DNA of 41,043 bases from Legionellaceae bacterium. Lineage in GTDB: Bacteria > Pseudomonadota > Gammaproteobacteria > Legionellales > Legionellaceae. Positions 1 to 11,418 of the stretch are shown one piece after another; the first letter of the stretch is position 1; every line of letters begins with the position of its first letter. The position numbers and the translations under genes are program-made. The stretch is from positions 1 through 41,043 of the forward strand of contig JAUYSE010000200.1 of NCBI GenBank assembly GCA_030696465.1, in the 5' to 3' direction. The notes beneath the pieces were generated by a model. That model was not told where the DNA came from, did not search any database, and saw only the letters and a program-made list of their open reading frames with translations.

Positions 1-134
1 ATCCCTTCATCTGCCAGCAAAATAGTGCCTAACAGCGATAATGCTTGCATCTGATGCAACAAAGGTTCTTTCAAAGACTCAAAATGAGGTAAATTAACAA
101 ACTTATAAAAGGCAATAATTTTTTGTGATTTCAT
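1..134 (-). CDS. trhO: tRNA uridine(34) hydroxylase TrhO/YceA (UPF0176 rhodanese-domain protein); only the N-terminal 44 codons, gene runs off the left edge
   Basis: Too short for the ORF track. The minus-strand ATG at 134-132 reads MKSQKIIAFYKFVNLPHFESLKEPLLHQMQALSLLGTILLADEG with no stop to position 1. The YKF..L......L..PLL......L.GT.LLA.EG pattern is the conserved YceA/TrhO N-terminus as I recall it. It starts 10 nt after the nuoN stop. Confidence 0.6.
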   Translation of the reverse strand, partial: MKSQKIIAFYKFVNLPHFESLKEPLLHQMQALSLLGTILLADEG

Positions 135-144
135 AACAACACCA

Positions 145-1593
145 TTAAGAAAAGGCATTTGCACAGAGGGTCATCACTCCGGCCGGAAACATTCCTAAGT
201 ATAACAAACTTAAACAATGCAAAGATAGCACAGATTTAGTCCAAGTAATAGATTGAGAATGCTGTATATCTTGCTCGCTCGCCGCATCAAAATACATATA
301 TTTTATCATGCGTAGATAGTAAAACGCGCCAACCGCGGTTAATAATAAGGAGAATATTACCACTCCCATCGCGTGCGTATCGACCACCGCTTTTAACACC
401 GCCAGTTTTATAAAGAACCCTGCGGTAGGGGGAACCCCCGCCAATGAAAACAACACGATTAACATTAAACAAGCCATCCACGGATTTTTCTGATTTAAGC
501 CTTTTAAATCTTCGATATTTTTTATTTCTTTTCCGGCAGAAGACAACAATAATAGTAAACCAAAGGCTGCCGCCGTATTCAACGCATAAATTAAAATGTA
601 GAACAACGCCGCCCCATATCCCTCGGCAATGCCGCTAGAAACACCCAATACCGCAAAACCTACATGCGCAATTGCAGAATAGGCTAATAGTCGTCGGATA
701 TTCGTTTGCACTAATGCCATAATATTACCGAGCACAATAGACATTAATGCCATCATCAATAACAACATTTGCCATTGGCCAATAAGATCAGGTAAAGCAA
801 TGGTTAACACCCGAAGAATCATGGCTAGACCCGCAATTTTAGGGCCTGCACTTAAAAATAAGGCGACGGGTAAAGGCGCTCCTTCATACACATCTGGCGC
901 CCACATATGAAAAGGCACGGTTGCGACTTTAAAGCCCATAGCCACCACAATAAAGGCCAAGGCAAACGAGAGAATAGCGGATTGTGTTTGCCAATGCATC
1001 GCAATAATATTGGCAATATCCGATAAATCGAGGCGACCGGTAAGGCCGTACAACCAAGAAAAACCATACAGTAACATCGCGGAGGCAATCGCACCCATAA
1101 TAAAATATTTTAACGCCGCTTCCGTGGCAGTGCCATCGTCACGTTGTATCGCCACCATTGCATATAAAGGCAACGACAGTAACTCTAAGCCTAAATACAC
1201 GGATAACAAAGAGTGTGCTTGTACGAGCACCATCATACCCAAGGTTGAGAATAAGCCCAACACACAGTAATCACCTACTGAAATGCGGGAGTATTGTAAG
1301 TATTCTTTACCGTAAAAAAAGGTTAAGCCGGTCGATAAGGCGATTACTATTATCATCAACCGGGCCAAGTCATCGTGGATCACTAAACCTTGAAATGCCA
1401 GTTCAGAGAATCGGCCGATACAAAAAAACTCAATCAGCGCTGCTAACGCCAGTCCGATAAGACTCACCGTCAATACCACTATATCTCGACGTTTGGGCGT
1501 CACAAAAAGATCACTCAATAATGCTACGCACGCGGTCACGAGTACGAGCACTTGCGACGTTATGATATGTCCGTTTTCTAAATATGAAGTCAT
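145..1593 (-). CDS. nuoN: NADH-quinone oxidoreductase subunit N
   Basis: 482-aa polytopic antiporter-like protein at the last position of the nuo operon, with typical NuoN sequence (GFKVATVPFHMWAPDVYEGAP). Confidence 0.95.
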   Translation of the reverse strand: MTSYLENGHIITSQVLVLVTACVALLSDLFVTPKRRDIVVLTVSLIGLALAALIEFFCIGRFSELAFQGLVIHDDLARLMIIVIALSTGLTFFYGKEYLQYSRISVGDYCVLGLFSTLGMMVLVQAHSLLSVYLGLELLSLPLYAMVAIQRDDGTATEAALKYFIMGAIASAMLLYGFSWLYGLTGRLDLSDIANIIAMHWQTQSAILSFALAFIVVAMGFKVATVPFHMWAPDVYEGAPLPVALFLSAGPKIAGLAMILRVLTIALPDLIGQWQMLLLMMALMSIVLGNIMALVQTNIRRLLAYSAIAHVGFAVLGVSSGIAEGYGAALFYILIYALNTAAAFGLLLLLSSAGKEIKNIEDLKGLNQKNPWMACLMLIVLFSLAGVPPTAGFFIKLAVLKAVVDTHAMGVVIFSLLLTAVGAFYYLRMIKYMYFDAASEQDIQHSQSITWTKSVLSLHCLSLLYLGMFPAGVMTLCANAFS

Positions 1594-1611
1594 AGTTTTG
1601 CCTATAAACGA

Positions 1612-3117
1612 TTACAGTTTTGTTTTATCTGCTTGTTCCAACGTATAACTTACCGTTTGATGTAGCACACTCAGTAAAGGCTTAGGATATACCCCCATGC
1701 CTATTACCATCACGGCTAATAAACCATACGCCGTCAACTCAAACGAAGTTAAATCTTTTAGCTTTTGAATTTTCTTGTTTTCAATAGGGCCAAATATTAC
1801 TCGTTTCACCATCCACAAGGTATAGGCAGCGCCTAAAATAAGGGTCGTTGCGGCGACAAAAGCCACCCAAAAACCTGATTTGATACAGCCTAAAATAACC
1901 ATGAACTCGCCCACAAAGCCGGAGGTTCCCGGTAGGCCTGCATTTGCCATGGAAAACAAGATAAACAAGCTTGCAAACACCGGCATGGTCTGTACCACAC
2001 CACCAAAATCTTTTATTTCACGGGTATGTAAGCGGTCATATAAATACCCTACCCCAGCAAACATCCCGCTGGATACGAACGCGTGCGACACCATAACGAC
2101 GATGGCACCTTCTAATACTAATCCTGCATCGCGTAACAAACCATGCTCTGCTATCCAAAAAATAGCAAAACAACCCATGGTCACAAAACCCATATGCGAA
2201 ATAGAAGAATAGGCAATCAGGCGCTTCATATCTTTTTGTACTAAAGCGATTAACCCAATATAGACCACCGCAATCAATGATAAGGCTATCATGACCCCTG
2301 CGTATGCTCTACAGGCATCGGGCACAATGGGTAAAGCAAAACGAATGAATCCGTACGCCCCGAGCTTTAATAAAATAGCGGCTAAAATTACTGACCCGCC
2401 CGCAGGCGCCTCTGTATGCGCATCAGGAAGCCAGGTATGTACTGGAAACATCGGAATTTTAATGGCAAAACCGAAGAAAAATGCGATAAATATGAGGGTT
2501 TGTACCGGCATACTTAATTTTAACGCGTAGAAATCTTCTATTTTGAAAGAGCCTGACAAACTGCCCATATATAAAAACGCCGCCAACATCAGCACGGAGC
2601 CCAAAAAAGTAAAGATAAAGAACTTGATAGCCGCATACACGCGATTACTTGAGCCCCAAATCCCAATGACTAAATACATCGGGATAAGCGTCGCTTCCCA
2701 AAATAAATAGAACAAAATACTATCTAAGGCAGAGAATATCCCCACTAACAAGCCTTGCATTAGCAAAAAACAGGCCATATATTGTGCGACTTTCTCACGG
2801 ATGCTATTCCAGGTTGCGAGCACAGCCACTAGATTGGTAAATACCGATAAAACTATCAATACCAATGACAAACCATCGATACCTAAACTGTAACTAATGC
2901 CATATAGTGGGAACCAAGTATGGGACTCTAGATATTGCATACTGTAAGTACTGGAATCAAAACCACTCATCAGTGGAATACACAATGCTAAAGATAATAA
3001 TATTGAAAACAACGTTATTATGCGAGGCACTTGCGGATTTTTTTCTGAGCTACTGGCTAAAATAAAACCTGCAGAAAAAATCGGCAACCAAATGAGAATA
3101 CTTAATATGTGTTGCAT
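1612..3117 (-). CDS. nuoM: NADH-quinone oxidoreductase subunit M
   Basis: 501-aa antiporter-like membrane protein (FAIKIPMFPVHTWLPDAHTEAP) at the operon position between nuoL and nuoN. Confidence 0.95.
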   Translation of the reverse strand: MQHILSILIWLPIFSAGFILASSSEKNPQVPRIITLFSILLSLALCIPLMSGFDSSTYSMQYLESHTWFPLYGISYSLGIDGLSLVLIVLSVFTNLVAVLATWNSIREKVAQYMACFLLMQGLLVGIFSALDSILFYLFWEATLIPMYLVIGIWGSSNRVYAAIKFFIFTFLGSVLMLAAFLYMGSLSGSFKIEDFYALKLSMPVQTLIFIAFFFGFAIKIPMFPVHTWLPDAHTEAPAGGSVILAAILLKLGAYGFIRFALPIVPDACRAYAGVMIALSLIAVVYIGLIALVQKDMKRLIAYSSISHMGFVTMGCFAIFWIAEHGLLRDAGLVLEGAIVVMVSHAFVSSGMFAGVGYLYDRLHTREIKDFGGVVQTMPVFASLFILFSMANAGLPGTSGFVGEFMVILGCIKSGFWVAFVAATTLILGAAYTLWMVKRVIFGPIENKKIQKLKDLTSFELTAYGLLAVMVIGMGVYPKPLLSVLHQTVSYTLEQADKTKL

Positions 3118-3135
3118 GCTTCACCCTTATTGGAA

Positions 3136-3262
3136 CTATACTCTTCACACTTGCATTTTCGGCGTTGTTGCCAGTTCGCTCGCCATCGGTCATGGACTGC
3201 GAGTACACTCCCTCGGCTCGTTCACTGTCGCCTAGCCGAAAACTCAATTGCTGTGAGTATAT
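3136..3262. mobile_element. Family-1 MITE-like element, full-length intergenic copy (127 bp) between nuoL and nuoM
   Basis: Imperfect terminal inverted repeats: tatactcttcacacttgcattttcggc on the left, and the reverse complement of gccgaaaactcaattgctgtgagtata on the right. It is flanked by the direct repeat cttattggaa (3126-3135) / cttattagaa (3263-3272). Related copies are at 13585-13739, 15069-15153 and 14913-14955. Confidence 0.75.
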
Positions 3263-3272
3263 CTTATTAGAA

Positions 3273-5243
3273 TTACCTTAACACTAAGCAATAAAAAAAC
3301 AGAAATAAACCTGCTACCATCCCTGCCACATAATGATACAAATACCCAGACTGTAAGCCTCGACCCACTTTGGCCATCCGAGCAAATATTTTTGCTGTAC
3401 CATTCACCATCGCCCCATCGATAATCGAGCGATCACCTACCGTATAAAATATATTCCCTAATAAACGCGCGCCTCGCACAAACAGCACATCGTTCAACCG
3501 GTCAAAACCATACTTGCAGACTAATATTTTATAAATCCAAGAGAATTTTCGTGCTAATAAGCCTGGAAGCGTCAACACTTTTACATATCCGAGCCAAGCA
3601 AGCGCAATTCCGCTCAACGTCAACCAAAACACGGGATGCTTCCAGGCCATACAAGCGCTATACCAAGCAGAATGGGCTTCTTCGCCAATCACGGTCAGTA
3701 CTTGATGTGCCGGTAAAACAAACACACTGTTACCCAGCAAACTAGGCTCATTAAACAACATTGGGTAAAATAAAATATAGCCTAATATCACCGAAGGTAT
3801 CGCGAGAACCACTAAAGGTGCCCAAACCACCGCTGGAGACTCGTGCACATGGTTCCAGGTGGCTTTATCCATACGTGGCGTTCCGTGGAACGTTAAAAAT
3901 AAGGAGCGGAAAGAATACAAGGCCGTAACCATGGCGCCTAAAGCCACACAATAGTAAGCATAATGCGCTGCCGGCAAATGCGACGCTTGTGCTGCTTCGA
4001 TAATGGTGTCTTTAGAATAAAACCCAGCAAAAGGCGGTATTGCACATAAGGCAAGGTTACCAATCAAGAAGCAAATATAGGTAATGGGCATTTTACGCCA
4101 CAAGCCACCCATTTTTTTCATGTCTTGTTCGTGATGCATGCCCATAATCACTGAGCCTGCTGCCAAAAATAACAAGGCCTTAAAGCAAGCATGGGTCATC
4201 AGATGGAAGATCCCTGCACTGTATGCAGAGGCACCCATGGCAACCATCATGTATCCCAACTGAGATAAAGTAGAATAAGCAACCACACGCTTGATATCAT
4301 CCATCACCAATGCCAACAAACCTGTAAACAAGGCACCGGTTGCACCGATAATTAAGATACCGTTTAAAACATCTGGGCAGTACTCCATCACTGGAGATAG
4401 TCTGGCGACCATGAAAACCCCTGCGGTCACCATCGTTGCCGCATGAATCAAGGCCGAAATAGGCGTTGGACCTTCCATCGATTCTGGTAACCACACATGT
4501 AAAGGAATCTGCGCAGATTTACCCATTGCACCAACAAATAGCAACCAACAAATCAAACTTGCAGCACTTAAGCTCGTCGTCAACCAAGGCACGGTCATTG
4601 TAGACAATTGCGTTGCTTGTTGGAAAACCGTCGCATAATCTAAACTGCCAACCGTCGCTAGTAATAAGCCTATTCCTAAGATAAAGCCAAAATCCCCGAC
4701 TCGATTCACTAAAAACGCTTTCAAACTGCCTGCAAGTGCAGACTCTTTATGATACCAAAAACCGATGAGCAAATAAGAGACAAGACCCACGCCTTCCCAA
4801 CCAAAAAATAGCTGTAAGAAGTTATTCGCAGTCACTAACATCAACATCATAAAGGTAAATAAAGAAATATAACTGAAAAACCGTGCGTATCCGGGATCTT
4901 CATGCATATAGCCAATACTGTATATGTGTACTAACAAAGAAACGAAAGTAACCACTAGCATCATGATCACCGTTAAGTGATCCACTAAAAAGCCAATATG
5001 GAAGGCATAAGGGAAGACTTCGGCTCCACTTGCCCATGTATACCAATTCAGATCAATGGGAGGGTACGCATTCGTTAATACTTGTGATGCGACGACTATA
5101 GATAACAATAGAGAAGCTGCGACGCCAGCAATCGTTAAACTATGCGCGGTAACCGGCGCCATTCGTCGACACCCGAAACCAACCACCGTAGCGGTACACA
5201 AAGGGAGAATCACTGCAAGTAATGTCAATAATGCTATGCTCAC
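3273..5243 (-). CDS. nuoL: NADH-quinone oxidoreductase subunit L
   Basis: 656-aa antiporter-like subunit (GKSAQIPLHVWLPESMEGPTPISALIHAATMV) with a long C-terminal extension typical of NuoL. Confidence 0.95.
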   Translation of the reverse strand: MSIALLTLLAVILPLCTATVVGFGCRRMAPVTAHSLTIAGVAASLLLSIVVASQVLTNAYPPIDLNWYTWASGAEVFPYAFHIGFLVDHLTVIMMLVVTFVSLLVHIYSIGYMHEDPGYARFFSYISLFTFMMLMLVTANNFLQLFFGWEGVGLVSYLLIGFWYHKESALAGSLKAFLVNRVGDFGFILGIGLLLATVGSLDYATVFQQATQLSTMTVPWLTTSLSAASLICWLLFVGAMGKSAQIPLHVWLPESMEGPTPISALIHAATMVTAGVFMVARLSPVMEYCPDVLNGILIIGATGALFTGLLALVMDDIKRVVAYSTLSQLGYMMVAMGASAYSAGIFHLMTHACFKALLFLAAGSVIMGMHHEQDMKKMGGLWRKMPITYICFLIGNLALCAIPPFAGFYSKDTIIEAAQASHLPAAHYAYYCVALGAMVTALYSFRSLFLTFHGTPRMDKATWNHVHESPAVVWAPLVVLAIPSVILGYILFYPMLFNEPSLLGNSVFVLPAHQVLTVIGEEAHSAWYSACMAWKHPVFWLTLSGIALAWLGYVKVLTLPGLLARKFSWIYKILVCKYGFDRLNDVLFVRGARLLGNIFYTVGDRSIIDGAMVNGTAKIFARMAKVGRGLQSGYLYHYVAGMVAGLFLFFYCLVLR

Positions 5244-5246
5244 AAA

Positions 5247-5546
5247 TTACCCCTTTAACACATTCATTTGGTCAACATCGATAGATCGACGATTTCGAAA
5301 GAGTAAAACAACTAAAGCTAAGCCTATTGCCGCTTCTGCTGCTGCTACCGTCAAAATAAAGAAAACAAATACCTGCCCCAACACCCCACCGTAATATTGC
5401 GAAAAAGCAATAAAATTGGTGTTCACTGCCAATAGTAATAACTCCACGCAAACTAACAATAAAATAATATTTTTTCGATTACGTAAAATACCTAGCAAGC
5501 CGAGGGTAAATAAAACGGCACCCACCACCGTGTACTGGATAAGCAT
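5247..5546 (-). CDS. nuoK: NADH-quinone oxidoreductase subunit K
   Basis: 99-aa protein with 3 TM segments ([17 protein letters not shown]) at the expected operon position. Confidence 0.95.
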   Translation of the reverse strand: MLIQYTVVGAVLFTLGLLGILRNRKNIILLLVCVELLLLAVNTNFIAFSQYYGGVLGQVFVFFILTVAAAEAAIGLALVVLLFRNRRSIDVDQMNVLKG

Positions 5547-5556
5547 ATGTATCCCT

Positions 5557-6198
5557 CTATTCTTTATCAGATTTCATAATAACATTTCGGACTTGTCTGC
5601 GCGGATCGGTCATCATTTGTTGTGTTACATCTTGTCGTTTTCCGAAACGGCGTTCTTTTCTCAATATCAAAGTAATTGCCGCAATAATAGACGACAATAA
5701 CAATACCGCAGCAATCTCGAAGACATACACATATTCTGTAAAAATGACTTTACCGATTGCTTCCGTATTTGACCCCTGCACTGATGCCGCTGCAGCTTGA
5801 ACTGGCATGCCGTCCATCCATACGGCTTCTGGTGCCGCTTTTACGAACGTCTGCACAGGGAATACTTTCCAGAGTATTCCTAACATTCCGCCAAGCAATA
5901 TCACGGCTAAAGGTAGGAACCGCAACCAGTGTTTCAACGTAGCAAAAGGCTGATCTACATGCAACATCATGACGATAAACAAAAAGAGCGTCATCACCGC
6001 ACCTACATACACCAAAATTAATATCAGTGCTAAAAACTCTGCATATGCCAGCATCCACAATACGGCTGCGGCAAAAAAAGTAAAGACCAAGAACAGCACT
6101 GAGCGTACGGGGTTAGACTGTAAAATAACCATCGTTGCCGACAATACGGTTAAGGCTGCAAAAATATAAAAAATAGTTTGTTCTAATAATACATGCAT
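5557..6198 (-). CDS. nuoJ: NADH-quinone oxidoreductase subunit J
   Basis: 213-aa membrane protein between nuoI and nuoK, with a NuoJ-like N-terminal TM bundle. Confidence 0.9.
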   Translation of the reverse strand: MHVLLEQTIFYIFAALTVLSATMVILQSNPVRSVLFLVFTFFAAAVLWMLAYAEFLALILILVYVGAVMTLFLFIVMMLHVDQPFATLKHWLRFLPLAVILLGGMLGILWKVFPVQTFVKAAPEAVWMDGMPVQAAAASVQGSNTEAIGKVIFTEYVYVFEIAAVLLLSSIIAAITLILRKERRFGKRQDVTQQMMTDPRRQVRNVIMKSDKE

Positions 6199-6209
6199 TT
6201 CTAATCTCG

Positions 6210-6710
6210 CTATCGATATTTTTCGTCTGCCGCACGGTCAGCCGCTAACTGTTTTTCCATAAGATCGCCAACTGCCAATAATTTTTCTTTGGGCATGATG
6301 TTCTGGCCTCGAGAGTCCATATGATAATGTTGGATCGGCGTGACCACGATAGAATCGACTGGGCATGCCTCTTCACACAAACCGCAATTAATACATTTGA
6401 ACATATCAATATCAAAGCGCGTGGTCCTTCGAGAGCCATCGTCTCGAGGCTCTGCCTCTATGGTGATGGCTAGCGCAGGACATACGGCCTCACACAGCTT
6501 ACAGGCAATACAACGCTCTTCTCCGTTTGGATAACGCCGCAAGGCCAATAAGCCCCGAAACCTCGGAGAAATAGGGGTATGCTCTTCCGGAAATTGTACG
6601 GTTATTTTTTTCTTGAAAAAATATTTTAAAGTAACGGCCAAACCCGCCAATAACTCCAAAAACAAAAAGCTTCGAAGATAATGTTTTATATATTGCATTA
6701 TTTTTTTCAT
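6210..6710 (-). CDS. nuoI: NADH-quinone oxidoreductase subunit I (2x[4Fe-4S] ferredoxin-type)
   Basis: Two CxxCxxCxxxCP motifs ([12 protein letters not shown] and [12 protein letters not shown]). The start could instead be the internal Met 4 codons downstream. Confidence 0.95.
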   Translation of the reverse strand: MKKIMQYIKHYLRSFLFLELLAGLAVTLKYFFKKKITVQFPEEHTPISPRFRGLLALRRYPNGEERCIACKLCEAVCPALAITIEAEPRDDGSRRTTRFDIDMFKCINCGLCEEACPVDSIVVTPIQHYHMDSRGQNIMPKEKLLAVGDLMEKQLAADRAADEKYR

Positions 6711-6728
6711 ATTATTAGCACCGCCACC

Positions 6729-7751
6729 TTAGAACCAGGGTTTTACCTGTGCAACTACCATACCCGACGTCACTACTATCCAAACGATAGTAACAGGAAT
6801 CAACACTTTCCAACCCAAACGCATCAACTGATCATAACGGTATCGTGGGAATGTTGCACGAACCCACAAATACACAAACAGGAAAAAGCTTATTTTTAGC
6901 AGTAACCATACAAAGCCTGGTACTACTAAAAAAACAGCGTGTAAAAACGGTATCTGTTCAAAAGGGGATAACCAGCCTCCACAAAAAAATATAGCCAGCA
7001 TTGCCGATATTAAAATCATATTGGCGTATTCAGACAAAAAGAACAGCGCAAAACCTATCCCAGAGTATTCTACATGAAACCCGGCAACAATTTCTGATTC
7101 CCCTTCGGCCAAATCAAACGGCGCTCGGTTGGTTTCTGCAAAGCCCGCGATCCAAAATACCATAAATAAAGGGAACAACGGCAAAAACCACCAATGCCAC
7201 ATACCACCACGCTGTGATAATACGATATCGGTTAAATTCATACTGTTTGCCGCTAATAACACGCCAACGAGCGAAAATCCCATGGCAATTTCATAAGAAA
7301 CCGATTGTGCGGCACTCCGTAAGGCCCCAAAAATAGCATATTTAGAGTTCGACGCCCAGCCTGCAATTAAAACGCCGTAAATTCCTAAAGAGCTCATGGC
7401 AAATAAATACAGGACGCCTGCATTGACGTTCGCCAATACTACGCCTTGCGAAAAAGGAATGACCGCCCATCCTACCAAAGCAGGGGCCAATGCAAATAGC
7501 GGCGCAATCACAAATAAATATTTGTTGGATTTAGTCGGAATAATAATTTCTTTGAGTAATAGTTTCACCAAATCAGCAATAGGCTGTAATAAGCCATAAA
7601 AGCCTACACGATTGGGGCCTATTCTTCCCTGGATATAACCAATTACTTTTCGCTCTGCAAAAGTAAGATACGCCACACTTAAAAGAAGCGGTAGCAATAT
7701 AACCACTATTTTAAGGAGAATCCATATCAAGAGACCGAAGTCTTGTAACAT
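6729..7751 (-). CDS. nuoH: NADH-quinone oxidoreductase subunit H
   Basis: 340-aa membrane protein with ND1/NuoH signatures ([34 protein letters not shown]). Confidence 0.95.
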   Translation of the reverse strand: MLQDFGLLIWILLKIVVILLPLLLSVAYLTFAERKVIGYIQGRIGPNRVGFYGLLQPIADLVKLLLKEIIIPTKSNKYLFVIAPLFALAPALVGWAVIPFSQGVVLANVNAGVLYLFAMSSLGIYGVLIAGWASNSKYAIFGALRSAAQSVSYEIAMGFSLVGVLLAANSMNLTDIVLSQRGGMWHWWFLPLFPLFMVFWIAGFAETNRAPFDLAEGESEIVAGFHVEYSGIGFALFFLSEYANMILISAMLAIFFCGGWLSPFEQIPFLHAVFLVVPGFVWLLLKISFFLFVYLWVRATFPRYRYDQLMRLGWKVLIPVTIVWIVVTSGMVVAQVKPWF

Positions 7752-7763
7752 AATAAACGATTC

Positions 7764-10112
7764 CTAAGATTTAATCGTAATTTCAGCGAACGCGTGGCCT
7801 AAATCCATGGTTTCAAACATCCCATTCGCCACCCACACTACCTCTTTTGCAACCGCAGCATCTCGGACCAGCGGCAATCTTACCCCAATATCTCCCTGAG
7901 ATACAGTGGCATAATCCTCTAAATTCAGCTGATCAGCTGTTTGCGGATGCACTCGAACACAGGCTCGCTCAGATGCACCACAATTTTGCAATGCAATCGA
8001 GTGACGCACTATGGCATCTGATGCGTACAATGGCCACTCTCCAACTCTTTGGTACAAGGCACGTGCGGAAGGCATGACCTCAGGAAAAAATGGCGTATAA
8101 GGGGTTTCCTGCGCAATATTCACAAGATGCCGAACTTCTTTCAGAATGTCTGCGGAAGATTCATACTCAAAATGTGGACAATGCAATAAATTCGCCAATA
8201 CGCGAAGAATTTTCCAGGCGGGTCTTGCCTCCGCATGCGGTTTTTTAACGCCTTGCACCGTTTGCCAAGCCCCATCTACATTGACATAAGTGCCGGATGT
8301 TTCCATATAGGGCGCAATCGGTAACAACACATTTGCATAATCTGCATGGCTAGGATCATCAAACGCACTCAACATAACGACAAAATCAGCGCCCAACAAG
8401 GCTTGCCTTGCAGCCGCAGGGTTTGAAAAGTCATAGCCAGGCTCTACGCCGAGCAAGAAATAGCCTCGAAGACGTGCCTCTATTGCCTCTTGTACGGACA
8501 AACCTGGAGATTCCACCATTTTTCCGGCGGCTTCTCTATGGGGTAACATCCCCGCTAAGCTTGCACCTGCGCTATTCGCGCCAGAGGTCAAGCGTAAAAC
8601 GTCCACGCCACTCCAAGTCGTAATATAATGTAACAATGTTCGCATCCACGCAGCGTCAGGATGATTCTCAAAGAGTGCTCCGGTCACAATCGCAGCATCC
8701 CCTTGTTGCAAGGCAAGCGCCATCGCCTGACTCACCTCATCCACTTCTACACCAAGAAACAAGCCTTCAAGCTCTGCTGGAAGCGTTTGCGTTCCTTTTA
8801 AAGCAAGTGCTATTCGCGCCAATATCATTGGCATGTGTTGTGGAGAGACAATTTGCTGTGCTGCCACTTGGAATGCGGTTTGATAAGCTACCGGATTAAT
8901 GGCGTGTATAGTGGCACCATTACGGTAAGCTTTATACAAACGAGTGCTGGCTAAAGGTACTTCACGCGCAAGATTTGTCCCTAATAATAATACATGACGC
9001 TTTTTATCTAGTGCCGCATAAGGCATGGTACTCATCGCGTGCATTGGGAGTGTCGCTTGGTCTCTAAAGTCGCTTTGTTGCAATCGATGATCCAGAGACT
9101 GAACCCCAAGCGCACGCATCAATCTTTGTAAAATAAAATGTTCTTCTACGGTTGCTGACGCCGAGGCGAATGCCGCCCACTGCTCTGGGCCATATTGTTT
9201 AATGATCTTGGCCATACCTTCTGCTGCAAAATTCAACGCGGTAGACCAGTCTACGGTTTCCCATTTCCCGTCTTTTTTAATTTTGGGGGAGGCCGCACGT
9301 TGTGCGCTGTTCATGCCTAGATAACTAAAGCGATCTCTGTCTGAAAGCCAGGTTTCGTTCAGGGCTTCATTCTCTCGAGGAACCACCCGCATCAATGTCT
9401 CACGTCGAAGATGCACATGTACATTGGAACCTAAGCAATCATGAGGTGCTACGGCATTACTTTGGGCTAACTCCCAAGGCCTTGCTGAAAAACGATAAGG
9501 TTTCGAGGTTAAGGCGCCCACGGGACAAAGATCAATGACATTTCCAGAGACTTCGGAAGTCATGCTATGCGCAATGTAGGTGCCAATCTGCATATCTTCA
9601 CCACGACCAGTTGCGCCCAATTCACGCACACCAGAGATTTCTTCACCAAACCGCACGCAGCGCGTACAATGAATACAGCGGGTCATCTCGGTCGCAATTA
9701 AAGTACCTAGAGACTGATCTTCTACCGCGCGCTTTGTTTCTGAATATTCAGAATCTGAATGACCGAACCCCATAGAGACGTCTTGCAGCTCGCATTCCCC
9801 ACCCTGATCGCAAATGGGGCAATCTAAAGGGTGATTGATCAATAAAAATTCCATCACTGCTTTTTGTGAATGTAATGCCGCGTCTGACTGCGTAAATACT
9901 TTCATGCCATTTGTAATGGGGGTTGCACAAGCGGGTACCGGCTTACGAACATTTTCCACTTCTACTAAACACATACGACAATTTGCCGCTACCGATAATT
10001 TTTTATGATAACAAAACCGAGGTATAGGAATACCTACCTCATCTGCTACTTCAATGATGGTTTTGCCATTTTCCGCTTCGAATACTTTACCGTTGATTTC
10101 AATAGTAGCCAT
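7764..10112 (-). CDS. nuoG: NADH-quinone oxidoreductase subunit G
   Basis: 782 aa. It has an N-terminal 2Fe-2S and 4Fe-4S Cys cluster region (CYHKKLSVAANCRMCLVEV, HPLDCPICDQGGEC) and a molybdopterin-like C-terminal domain. Confidence 0.95.
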   Translation of the reverse strand: MATIEINGKVFEAENGKTIIEVADEVGIPIPRFCYHKKLSVAANCRMCLVEVENVRKPVPACATPITNGMKVFTQSDAALHSQKAVMEFLLINHPLDCPICDQGGECELQDVSMGFGHSDSEYSETKRAVEDQSLGTLIATEMTRCIHCTRCVRFGEEISGVRELGATGRGEDMQIGTYIAHSMTSEVSGNVIDLCPVGALTSKPYRFSARPWELAQSNAVAPHDCLGSNVHVHLRRETLMRVVPRENEALNETWLSDRDRFSYLGMNSAQRAASPKIKKDGKWETVDWSTALNFAAEGMAKIIKQYGPEQWAAFASASATVEEHFILQRLMRALGVQSLDHRLQQSDFRDQATLPMHAMSTMPYAALDKKRHVLLLGTNLAREVPLASTRLYKAYRNGATIHAINPVAYQTAFQVAAQQIVSPQHMPMILARIALALKGTQTLPAELEGLFLGVEVDEVSQAMALALQQGDAAIVTGALFENHPDAAWMRTLLHYITTWSGVDVLRLTSGANSAGASLAGMLPHREAAGKMVESPGLSVQEAIEARLRGYFLLGVEPGYDFSNPAAARQALLGADFVVMLSAFDDPSHADYANVLLPIAPYMETSGTYVNVDGAWQTVQGVKKPHAEARPAWKILRVLANLLHCPHFEYESSADILKEVRHLVNIAQETPYTPFFPEVMPSARALYQRVGEWPLYASDAIVRHSIALQNCGASERACVRVHPQTADQLNLEDYATVSQGDIGVRLPLVRDAAVAKEVVWVANGMFETMDLGHAFAEITIKS

Positions 10113-10134
10113 GTCTCAACCTTTTTCAGAAAAC

Positions 10135-11418
10135 CTAAGCAAGCACAATACTGCGCTTGTGCCGAATATAATATTCAAATTCATGACGAAAATGCTTTAC
10201 GAAGCTCTGCACTGGCCACGCGGCCGCCTCTCCTAAAGCACAGATCGTCCGACCTTCAATGTTGTCGGCAATATTCACTAATTTATCTAAATCTGCTATA
10301 TCAGCAGTTCCGTGTAATATTCGCTCTAATACGCGCACCAACCAACCAGTACCTTCTCGGCATGGAGTACATTGTCCGCAAGACTCATCCATATAAAATT
10401 CAGAAATACGATACAAAGCATCTACCATACAGGTACTTTCGTCCATGATAATAACTGCACCAGAACCTAAACCAGAACCGGCTTTTTGTATGCTGTCATA
10501 ATCCATATCGAGGGTCATCATGAGATCGCCAGGTAACACAGGCATTGATGTCCCACCAGGAATCACCGCTTTTAAAGCACGACCACCGCGCATTCCCCCT
10601 GCAAGTTCTAACAATGTTTTAAATGGTGTACCTAAAGGAATTTCAAAGTTGTCAGGGCGATTAACATGTCCAGTGACACTAAAGCATTTCGTACCACCAT
10701 TATTCGGTCGACCCAGCTCCAAAAACCATTGCGCACCTTTCTCTAAGATCACCGGAACTGAAGCAAAAGTTTCTGTATTATTGATCGTAGTCGGTTTGCC
10801 ATATAAACCATAGTTTGCTGGAAATGGGGGCTTAAACCGTGGTTGACCTTTTTTACCCTCAAGCGAATTTAACAGTGCCGTCTCTTCTCCACAAATATAA
10901 GCGCCGGCGCCTAAATGGTTATGAAGTTCAAAATCAATGCCGGACCCTTGAATATTTTTACCCAAAAGACCCGCTTGTCTTGCTTCAGCCAGAGCATTAT
11001 CTGTGCGCTCAAATGGCAGCCAAAACTCACCGCGAATATAGTTATATCCGACGGTGGCACCCATCACATAACCAGCAATCGCCATCCCTTCAATTAACTG
11101 ATGCGGATTACGCGCTAAAATTTCACGATCTTTGCAGGTGCCTGGCTCCCCTTCATCGGAATTACACACTACATATTTTTGTATGGGATTATTACGATTC
11201 ATGAAGCTCCACTTCAAGCCCGTAGGAAACCCTGCTCCCCCTCGTCCTCGTAAAGCAGAGGTTTTCAGCGCTTCTATAATTTGTGCTGGTTCCCACTTAT
11301 TTTGAAGGATTTCTCTCCAAATACGGTATCCACCAACACTTTCGTAGGCGGCAAGTGTCCAGGACTCTGGAAGATGAAACGTTCTATAACATACTTGATT
11401 GAGCGCTAGTTTACTCAT
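10135..11418 (-). CDS. nuoF: NADH-quinone oxidoreductase subunit F (NADH/FMN-binding)
   Basis: [13 protein letters not shown] and [12 protein letters not shown] motifs. It overlaps the nuoE stop by 4 nt. Confidence 0.96.
   Translation of the reverse strand: MSKLALNQVCYRTFHLPESWTLAAYESVGGYRIWREILQNKWEPAQIIEALKTSALRGRGGAGFPTGLKWSFMNRNNPIQKYVVCNSDEGEPGTCKDREILARNPHQLIEGMAIAGYVMGATVGYNYIRGEFWLPFERTDNALAEARQAGLLGKNIQGSGIDFELHNHLGAGAYICGEETALLNSLEGKKGQPRFKPPFPANYGLYGKPTTINNTETFASVPVILEKGAQWFLELGRPNNGGTKCFSVTGHVNRPDNFEIPLGTPFKTLLELAGGMRGGRALKAVIPGGTSMPVLPGDLMMTLDMDYDSIQKAGSGLGSGAVIIMDESTCMVDALYRISEFYMDESCGQCTPCREGTGWLVRVLERILHGTADIADLDKLVNIADNIEGRTICALGEAAAWPVQSFVKHFRHEFEYYIRHKRSIVLA

Noticed and set aside
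1880-2212. Antisense ORFs inside nuo genes (this one, plus 5056-5394, 10005-10448, 10839-11204 and others)
   Set aside because: All are shadow ORFs opposite strongly supported complex I genes, with low-complexity or biased composition.
3050-3247. 65-aa minus-strand ORF spanning the nuoL-nuoM spacer
   Set aside because: It lies almost entirely within the family-1 repeat and the 5' end of nuoM. It has no RBS and is only open because the repeat has an open frame. The shared peptide SMTDGERT with NuoC reflects the repeat, not a gene family.
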